The notes under the pieces are model-generated. The model was not told the DNA's origin, searched no databases, and worked only from the letters and a program-made list of their open reading frames with translations. From an uncultured virus (IMG/VR IMGVR_UViG_3300010429_001259) (taxonomy: Duplodnaviria; Heunggongvirae; Uroviricota; Caudoviricetes), in IMG/VR virus record IMGVR_UViG_3300010429_001259: DNA of 20,000 nt; one strand, written 5' to 3'. The position numbers and the translations under genes are program-made. Each line of letters starts with the position of its first letter. Within the stretch, counting starts at the first letter, position 1. This document shows positions 14,198-20,000 of the stretch, in pieces.

Positions 14198-14829
14198 TTT
14201 GCTTCCTTGGATGTCGTGTAAAGATGATCGAGCTGAACCAACAACTCGTCCGGAGAAAGTCCGGGACGGGACGACATGACCCAGGCCAAGACCTCGTTGT
14301 CTTCTTTCCCGTTCCAGACTTTGCGGTACGTGCCTTCCTGATAGCCATGGTCCTGGCGGAACAGATTCAGCACGTTTTTGGCGATGTACATCTTGTGGAG
14401 TTCATCGCCAGATAAGTTCAGCTGTTCGGCCAAGGCCGTGAAACGCGTCGGCAGCGACAGTGTGTGCGTCGTGGCATTCACAGCCAGCATTTCCAGGTTC
14501 GTCGGAATCGGCTGCGTGCGAAAATACTGCAGCGACATGGATTGGAGATGACTGAACAGTCGCTGTGACGCGTCATTGACAGAGCCATAGTCCTGCAGAT
14601 ACTGGCTCAGGATGAAGTGCCAGATATCTACCAACTCGAGTTTTGTCTGGACAAGATCGGGCTCTTGTTTCTTCCACCACTTCCAGCCGTAATGCTCGAG
14701 GGCTTCAGCCGCTTCGACCATGATGGCGCGGTGCCACGGGAAACCGGCGGAGCGCCAGGTCGGATGAACGATGCAGTTCAGGCGATCTTGCAGTTCAGCC
14801 TGCACGCGAATTTTTTCGAGGGATAACAT
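14194..14829 (-). CDS. dut: Dimeric (all-alpha) dUTPase, dUTPase_2 family
   Basis: AIMVEAAEALEH.GWKWWKK, LELVDIWHF, KNVLNLFRQDHGY.EGTY.K.W.GKEDNE. Start taken at ATG 14829 (AGGAG RBS). Confidence 0.9.
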   Translation of the reverse strand: MLSLEKIRVQAELQDRLNCIVHPTWRSAGFPWHRAIMVEAAEALEHYGWKWWKKQEPDLVQTKLELVDIWHFILSQYLQDYGSVNDASQRLFSHLQSMSLQYFRTQPIPTNLEMLAVNATTHTLSLPTRFTALAEQLNLSGDELHKMYIAKNVLNLFRQDHGYQEGTYRKVWNGKEDNEVLAWVMSSRPGLSPDELLVQLDHLYTTSKEAK

Positions 14830-15028
14830 TGAGCTTCTCTTCCTTTTCCTTGTCACGTTTCGGGAGTGGGTGCCAGCCGGTGTAGAACCCGTTATTGCTC
14901 CATTGACCGACGGTACAGATACCGCCGATCGTCAGGAGAAGAACTTTTGCACTGGGTGGCGGTTCTTCATCCCCAGCACCCGGGTAATAGAACTGCGCGC
15001 CGCCGGCGATGTATTCAGGGTTTGTCAC
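14795..15028 (-). CDS. 77-aa DUF551-like small phage protein
   Basis: PP...KVLLL..GG....G.W......GWHPLPK pattern; GTGA overlap with the ligase stop. Confidence 0.6.
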   Translation of the reverse strand: MTNPEYIAGGAQFYYPGAGDEEPPPSAKVLLLTIGGICTVGQWSNNGFYTGWHPLPKRDKEKEEKLNVIPRKNSRAG

Positions 15029-15918
15029 AGGTCGTCCTTGTGACGGAGGCCGAGGTACACCGGATGCCGGGGCTTGTCCTTGACGCCGACCGGGAAATAC
15101 TTGTATTTCACGATCATGCCGCGACGGTCGCTCAGCCAGAATTGCTGCTTATCCAGGTCCGTGAATCCGGTACCAATCTGGAACTCCACGCCTGTCTGAA
15201 TGTCGCGCACCAGCAGAGCACCCATGCGCTGCTTACCGGTTTTGTTCTCCTGATGGCTGCTGCGTTTTGTGCGACCGAGCTCATTGGTCGTCGCTTCGTT
15301 ACCGTTGTGCATCTCCTCGATGATTTCGAGGATCTCGGCCTCACTGTCGCAGAACCGCTTGAGCTTCAGAAGGTAGCCCTCCTTCACAGTGCTACGACCG
15401 AACTTGTACGGGCTGTCAATAGAACGAAGAATGACTCCTTCAAAGCCTAGACCGACAGTCTGTGCTTCGTAAGCCTGAAGTCCAGCTTCATCCGTGATCA
15501 GAGTCTGCGCAAGATAGTCGATCTTGACTGAACTGGTTAGATCGTCACGACCAAACCAAACGTTTATCAGATGGTCGTATCGATCGGCATACGGCCATCC
15601 ATCCTGGTTGTGAAGATCAAAGACCCAGTATGTGGCTTGAGGTACGCCATCCCGGGACATCACGCCGCTCACTGTATCGCGATACACCATCGGGCTCGAT
15701 GCAGGGCCGACGATCAATTCGCCGTCCAGGCCAGTCAGTTTGTGGTCCGAAAGGGCGTTATAGATGAACCGATTCGGAACTTCCTTGAGTGTGCGGGTCA
15801 GAAGTCGGCCGTCAACAACAGAAGCACGAATTCCATCGAGCTTTGGAGACGCATAGACAGGAAAGCGGAGCTTATCCAGATCGGCGTCTGTTGCCAACAT
15901 TGGTTTGAAAAGGGTCAT
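15025..15918 (-). CDS. lig: ATP-dependent DNA ligase
   Basis: KPMLA; motif I SPKLDGIR; DGEL; VFDL; motif IV EGVILR; motif V LLKLK; GTGF; RHPVYLGLR. Confidence 0.95.
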   Translation of the reverse strand: MTLFKPMLATDADLDKLRFPVYASPKLDGIRASVVDGRLLTRTLKEVPNRFIYNALSDHKLTGLDGELIVGPASSPMVYRDTVSGVMSRDGVPQATYWVFDLHNQDGWPYADRYDHLINVWFGRDDLTSSVKIDYLAQTLITDEAGLQAYEAQTVGLGFEGVILRSIDSPYKFGRSTVKEGYLLKLKRFCDSEAEILEIIEEMHNGNEATTNELGRTKRSSHQENKTGKQRMGALLVRDIQTGVEFQIGTGFTDLDKQQFWLSDRRGMIVKYKYFPVGVKDKPRHPVYLGLRHKDDL

Positions 15919-16151
15919 TTCTTCGAAGCTCCGTGACTTTGTGTGATGAGTTGAAGAGCGCGCGAGGCGACTTGATCGCCGGCCTGTGCAGCTCGAATGA
16001 CGATAGCTTTAGCCACGGCAATATTTGTGTTCGTGCCTGCCGCCAAGGCTTCGACTTGCCAGTGGCATGCGTCCTGCACATAGACATGGCACAACTGCCA
16101 GCCTTGGCGTTCTGCATATTCTTTCTCTTCGTCGTTGAGCAAGTCGTACAT
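15915..16151 (-). CDS. 78-aa hypothetical protein
   Basis: The stop overlaps the ligase ATG (ATGA). Confidence 0.7.
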   Translation of the reverse strand: MYDLLNDEEKEYAERQGWQLCHVYVQDACHWQVEALAAGTNTNIAVAKAIVIRAAQAGDQVASRALQLITQSHGASKK

Positions 16152-16162
16152 GGCTTCGCGTG

Positions 16163-16651
16163 CTACACAGCTTGGTTCTTGGGCCAGCCGGCCCTCACAA
16201 AGTCCGCCACGACATTGGCAATCGCCGGCAGGTTACGGGTCTTCGTTTCTTCTGCCGGCAGATATTTCGCAAACTCCGGAAACATCTCGGCCAAAGCTTT
16301 GGTGGTCGTCGCGCTGGCTGCAGCCTGTTCAAGCTGGTTGCGAAGCCTGCTGAGCGCGAGACTTTGTTCTTTTTCCAGTTGTTTGAGCCGATCCATCGCC
16401 TGGATGTCTTCGGCGTGAAATGCAGCGTGTTTGCGAGGAAATGGTCCGTAACCATACCATTGACCAATGCATGCCCATTCAAGTTCGAACCAGTCAGGGT
16501 ACTTGTCGTATACCGCGGCAATCTCCCACGGCATCATCGCGCGGCCGATCCGATTGGCTTCCCTTTGCATCTGGTCGATGTAGTCGACGCTCGGCACGTC
16601 ATTCATGACACTGTTCACGAACGCGCTACGGATGGAATTGGTAAGTCTCAC
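16163..16651 (-). CDS. Nmad5-family protein (nucleotide modification associated domain 5)
   Basis: MRLTNSIR.AFV.SVM.DVP...TTTKAL.EMFPEFAKYLP...NLPA pattern; GTG start with AGGAG RBS. Confidence 0.75.
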   Translation of the reverse strand: MRLTNSIRSAFVNSVMNDVPSVDYIDQMQREANRIGRAMMPWEIAAVYDKYPDWFELEWACIGQWYGYGPFPRKHAAFHAEDIQAMDRLKQLEKEQSLALSRLRNQLEQAAASATTTKALAEMFPEFAKYLPAEETKTRNLPAIANVVADFVRAGWPKNQAV

Positions 16652-17046
16652 TGTGTTCTCCTGGTGATGAAATCTGCAAGTTGTTTACGCGAAATAAGCA
16701 GTTCGCGAAATATTGCTGCGGTGCACTTGTTTTCCCATGCGGCGGGCGTTGTCCACATCACGCCGCCTTCCTTACTCCCGACGATCACGGCCACATTGCG
16801 TCCCTCACAGTAGCGGGCACCGAGCCATTCCTTCTGGAGTTCTGACAGCCCGAACTCGATGAGCGTGTCGTCGCGCTTCGGAACTGTAATGAATTTGTAT
16901 TCGGCCCAAAGGTCTCCCTTCGGGCCGCTGTACCAGACATCGGCGATACCGCCGTTGTACTGGTTGTGGTTCTTCATCCAGTAGAGTCCATCCGGCAGAT
17001 GCCGGTGGACACTGGCGATGAAGGTATTCTCAGGACCCTTGGCCAT
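16648..17046 (-). CDS. VRR-NUC-like PD-(D/E)xK nuclease (putative Holliday junction resolvase)
   Basis: E..F...V; GGIADV; WAEYK; LSELQKEWL...GRNVAVI. Confidence 0.8.
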   Translation of the reverse strand: MAKGPENTFIASVHRHLPDGLYWMKNHNQYNGGIADVWYSGPKGDLWAEYKFITVPKRDDTLIEFGLSELQKEWLGARYCEGRNVAVIVGSKEGGVMWTTPAAWENKCTAAIFRELLISRKQLADFITRRTQ

Positions 17047-17542
17047 TGATGTGAACGACTTCGATGTTGTTGCCGAAGACCTTCTTTAGCTCGGAAATGA
17101 GTTTTTCGTCGAACCGATCGAGCTCAGGTGCGGGCCTGAATCCGAACTCCGAGTCAACCAACTCCTTGATGAGATCGTTGATCGCGGAAACCGATTTCTT
17201 CGCATCGGTGGCGTGGGCCTTGGCTTCCCGGGCAAGCGTCGAAATGGTCTCGTCCTGCGCCTTGTTCGAGTGCGCCACTTCAGCGTCCATCAGCCGCTTC
17301 TCGACCAGGCGGATGTAGCCGCCGATGTCAGTCCAGCTGTCGATGTAGTTCGGATCGCCGTTCAGAATGCGGCCAATCTTGTGCGCCGTCATCTCGAGGG
17401 CTTCCTTCTGGTCGTCGGCCAGTGCTTTCCAGTTAGGCGTCGCCCACATGACCTCTTTCAGGCCCTGGGTGATCTCGGCATGGTTGGGAAATTCGCCATA
17501 GCGCTTGCCGCGCTCGGCCAGGGTGTTGTCAATAGAGGTCAT
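17030..17542 (-). CDS. DUF6378-domain protein with C-terminal extension
   Basis: TLAERGKRYGEF..HA..TQ.LK...EALEM.AHKIGRILNGDP.Y.DSW.DIGGY. Start ATG 17542 overlaps the upstream TGA. Confidence 0.8.
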   Translation of the reverse strand: MTSIDNTLAERGKRYGEFPNHAEITQGLKEVMWATPNWKALADDQKEALEMTAHKIGRILNGDPNYIDSWTDIGGYIRLVEKRLMDAEVAHSNKAQDETISTLAREAKAHATDAKKSVSAINDLIKELVDSEFGFRPAPELDRFDEKLISELKKVFGNNIEVVHINGQGS

Positions 17543-18084
17543 TGCTTTACTTTCGCTTTCGTGAAAAGGGCAGCATGGATTTGCTGCAGGGTCATCGCCT
17601 GCTGAACGGCATCGCTCAGGGCGTTGTGCTTGGTGCCAGTAGGAGGCAGACGAATGTCTTTGGCGCCGGGCAAATTCTTGTAGGTACGGTAACACCGAGC
17701 GTTCCAGAATTTCCACGGTACTTCGACCTGGATCTGGCTGTAGGCATGTGCGAGCATCGGGATGTCGAAGTCGGCACCGTTACTCCAGACGAAGCAATCA
17801 TCTGCACCAACCCAGTCGCTGAAGTCGATCAAGGCGTCCGACAGTGTTGTCTTCGCCTCGTGAAAGACATTCTGTGCGGCGGCTTCCTGCTTCAGCCACC
17901 ATAAAAGCGTGTCTTCCTGGACACGACGCCCGTAGTCCAGATTGCTCTCGATAGAAATCGAGGCATAGAACCCGTTGTCGTCGATCTGAGTCGACATGAG
18001 GTCGAACTTCACCGCGCCGACGCTGAGGATGACCGACGAGGCCGTTGTACCCAGCGTTTCGAGGTCAACCATGATGTGTTTCAT
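17539..18084 (-). CDS. DEDDh 3'-5' exonuclease (Rv2179c/DUF5051-like)
   Basis: HIMVDLETLG; WSNGADFD; RCYRT; HNALSDA; AGGAG RBS. Confidence 0.9.
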   Translation of the reverse strand: MKHIMVDLETLGTTASSVILSVGAVKFDLMSTQIDDNGFYASISIESNLDYGRRVQEDTLLWWLKQEAAAQNVFHEAKTTLSDALIDFSDWVGADDCFVWSNGADFDIPMLAHAYSQIQVEVPWKFWNARCYRTYKNLPGAKDIRLPPTGTKHNALSDAVQQAMTLQQIHAALFTKAKVKQ

Positions 18085-18095
18085 CCCTGCTCCTG

Positions 18096-18123
18096 AAAAA
18101 TTCCGCCCGGCCTACCCGGGCGG
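18096..18123 (-). terminator. Intrinsic terminator-like hairpin
   Basis: CCGCCCGG-cctac-CCGGGCGG (18103-18123) followed on the minus strand by AATTTTT. Confidence 0.6.
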
Positions 18124-18140
18124 TCATGTGCGGCCGGTGG

Positions 18141-18392
18141 TCAGACGACAGTCAGCGTGGCCAGTTGCGCTTCTAGCTTGGCCAGGCCCTTGTCGCGTGC
18201 CTCGTTGGCCTTGGCCAGCTTGGCAGCGGCGGCGTCGAGTGCCTTGGATGCGGCGGCAGCATTCTTGACAGCGGCCTTGTGGTCGCTGACGAACTTTGCG
18301 AACGTTGCGTTCACGACCTTCTTGGCGGCGGCCAGGTCGGCTTTCTTGGCCTTGATTTCAGCCTTGGACAGGGGAGTTTTGGTGCGTGCCAT
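18141..18392 (-). CDS. 83-aa Lys/Ala-rich basic helical protein
   Basis: MARTKTPLSKAEIKAKKADLAAAKK...; AAGGAG RBS before ATG 18392; strong codon bias. Confidence 0.8.
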   Translation of the reverse strand: MARTKTPLSKAEIKAKKADLAAAKKVVNATFAKFVSDHKAAVKNAAAASKALDAAAAKLAKANEARDKGLAKLEAQLATLTVV

Positions 18393-18603
18393 GGAATTTC
18401 TCCTTGAGTTGGCGGTTGTAATCAATCTCGTTGAGCCGAACTGCTCGCGAGATCAGCCGGTCGATCAGCGACCGCCGGCGGCGGGTGGCGGACTCGAGTT
18501 CGAGCGCCGCCAACACTTCTTCCTGCGTCAATTTGCCGAGCACCTTTTTCAAGCTCGGGTATGACGCCAGGGCCTGGTCGAGGTACCACTTGCGAACTGA
18601 CAC
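18358..18603 (-). CDS. 81-aa hypothetical protein
   Basis: GTG start after a TAAGGAG RBS that overlaps the upstream stop. Confidence 0.75.
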   Translation of the reverse strand: MSVRKWYLDQALASYPSLKKVLGKLTQEEVLAALELESATRRRRSLIDRLISRAVRLNEIDYNRQLKEKFHGTHQNSPVQG

Positions 18604-18612
18604 AGCTGCTCC

Positions 18613-19380
18613 TTATCGACGTGCGCCGACGGCAGGCTTGCGGGCCACCGGACGAGCACCGCGGGCAGGCGCCGGCGTGGCATAGCTGGACGTATCCGGC
18701 TCGGCCGACAACAGTTCCTTGGCTTCGGCCTGACGACCGAAGTGAACGCCCAGGTTCTCGTTCGGCGTCGGATCGCTGAACACGAGCGACGGAAAATCTT
18801 CGGATTCGTTGAAGCCCACTGAAACCACGACACCGACCGGCGGCGTGGAGAAGGTGCGCACCACGGAGCCGACGAAGCCGTCGAAGCCCTTGACAGCCGT
18901 CGGCGACACGCTGAGCAGCCACATCGGGGTGTCTTCGTCCGCGTCGGGCGGCAGAACGGCCAACAGACGCGTGTTCTTGCAGGCCTTACCCTTGCCGGCC
19001 GAGCCGAACTGGTTCATCGCGCAGCTGGCGCAGTCATCGGCCTGTTTGTTCGGGCTGTTCGCGCTGGGCACCATGGACTTGGGCTCCGGGTGAATCGCGA
19101 AACAGGCCGGCGAAGTAATGTTGTTCGGGTCGTAGGCGCCTTCGTAGTACTCATTGCGGCTGACGAAGTCAACCACAACCAGCTGCAGCGGGCCTTCATC
19201 CTTTTGGCCGTTGGGCAGCGCGAACTTCTTGTCCTGCGTCACCTTGATACGGATGCCGCTGGGCGGTGCCGTACGGCTGGCCATGGCCGCGGCCTGGGCC
19301 TTGAGTTGCTCCTGGATGGAGACGACGTTGCTGGCTTTCTTCACGGCGACAGCGGTGCCGGTTTTCTTGGCGGTGGCCAT
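18613..19380 (-). CDS. 255-aa replication-module protein, putative Zn-binding ssDNA-binding protein
   Basis: YYEGAYD...PACFA...CASCAMNQFGS..KGKACKN.R.LAV motif; lies downstream of the DNA polymerase. The function is inferred. Confidence 0.6.
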   Translation of the reverse strand: MATAKKTGTAVAVKKASNVVSIQEQLKAQAAAMASRTAPPSGIRIKVTQDKKFALPNGQKDEGPLQLVVVDFVSRNEYYEGAYDPNNITSPACFAIHPEPKSMVPSANSPNKQADDCASCAMNQFGSAGKGKACKNTRLLAVLPPDADEDTPMWLLSVSPTAVKGFDGFVGSVVRTFSTPPVGVVVSVGFNESEDFPSLVFSDPTPNENLGVHFGRQAEAKELLSAEPDTSSYATPAPARGARPVARKPAVGARR

Positions 19381-19391
19381 AGAGGGTCCTT

Positions 19392-19784
19392 TCAGGTGGA
19401 ACGAACACGGAGGTTCAGGCGCTTTTTCACAAACGGCTGAACACCAGGCACTTTCTTGCCGGCATCCAGCAGCTCTCGATACGCAGGGTCAGAAACCCGG
19501 CGTTGGAGAAGATGGAAGAACTTGTTCTTCCGGATGTACTCATAGAAGCTGTCCCAGTCTTCGACAGAGGCCGTGACAGTCGAGGTGATGGACACGCTGG
19601 CCTTTGCGCCTGCGCTCTTGTCCACGCCGTTCTGTTCCATCGTCTCCATGAGGCGGGATTCGATGTCTGCGGCCTTTCCATCGATGTCTTTGATGGCGGC
19701 TTCCAGGTCACGCTTCTTCTCACGAAGATCGAACAGCGCATCAATGTCGCTGCCGATCGTCGGAGGTTTCTTAACGTGGGGCAC
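19392..19784 (-). CDS. 130-aa phage protein with N-terminal coiled coil (Gam/Gp157-like character)
   Basis: Coiled coil followed by V.DWD.FY.YI.....FHLLQRRVS....E.......VPGV. GTG 19784 has an AAGGAG RBS, so it is preferred over ATG 19811. Confidence 0.7.
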   Translation of the reverse strand: MPHVKKPPTIGSDIDALFDLREKKRDLEAAIKDIDGKAADIESRLMETMEQNGVDKSAGAKASVSITSTVTASVEDWDSFYEYIRKNKFFHLLQRRVSDPAYRELLDAGKKVPGVQPFVKKRLNLRVRST

Positions 19785-19837
19785 TTTGTTCTCCTTTATG
19801 GTGCGTATCATACACCTAATCTTGGAAAGATAAACGA

Positions 19838-19999
19838 CTATTTGGAATAGTTCGAGGCGAATCCGCCTTCGGCCGCTAAGGGGAGGTCAGGACACCACCA
19901 AGGCGACGTCGTCATGCATTGCATCATGTAGTCAAAGCACTTCTGGGCCTGTGCAGTCTTCGGATGAGCGACGACTTCATCGTGCGTCGTCATCACGAC
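19838..19999 (-). CDS. C-terminal fragment of a family A DNA polymerase (extends beyond the window; not in the ORF track)
   Basis: Translates as VVMTTHDEVVAHPKTAQAQKCFDYMMQCMTTSPWWCPDLPLAAEGGFASNYSK*, with motif C (HDE) and the typical P.W...LPL.AEG end. Confidence 0.9.
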   Translation of the reverse strand, partial: VVMTTHDEVVAHPKTAQAQKCFDYMMQCMTTSPWWCPDLPLAAEGGFASNYSK

Positions 20000-20000
20000 C

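Noticed and set aside
19807..19835. Possible sigma70 promoter (TATGAT) upstream of 19784
   Set aside because: The -35 region is poor and there is no proper extended -10, so support is insufficient.
5445..19850. Numerous plus-strand ORFs in the right three-quarters of the window
   Set aside because: They are antisense to a continuous, translationally coupled minus-strand gene run and show no recognisable motifs.

Overview
This window is a fragment of a GC-rich tailed (podovirus-like) bacteriophage genome; a proteobacterial host is inferred, not shown. The left 5.3 kb (+ strand) is the 3' part of a giant polyvalent internal-virion/ejection-type protein. It has an ADP-ribosyltransferase-like domain, an HExxH metallopeptidase-like motif and a T7 gp16-like C-terminal signature. 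Converging on it is a tightly packed, often ATGA/GTGA-coupled minus-strand gene run. From the right, that run holds the C-terminus of a family A DNA polymerase, a Cys-containing putative SSB, a DEDDh exonuclease, DUF6378, VRR-NUC nuclease, Nmad5, ATP-dependent ligase and dimeric dUTPase, then about 25 small accessory ORFs. Four non-standard structures stand out. (1) Two tandem ~120-nt structured RNA units (7934-8180) have identical kissing-loop arms, unrelated variable inserts and mutually exclusive closing stems; they sit in a 723-bp block bounded by 18-bp direct repeats. (2) An AT-rich element (6292-6410) shows an abrupt G-free to C-free switch, inverted repeats and 8-bp-period repeats. (3) A 77-bp duplicated gene-start module carries a 12-bp palindrome on the ATG. 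(4) A set of accessory ORFs (8756-10536) is built from shared in-frame DNA modules. All family assignments come from motif recognition by eye; no searches were run.
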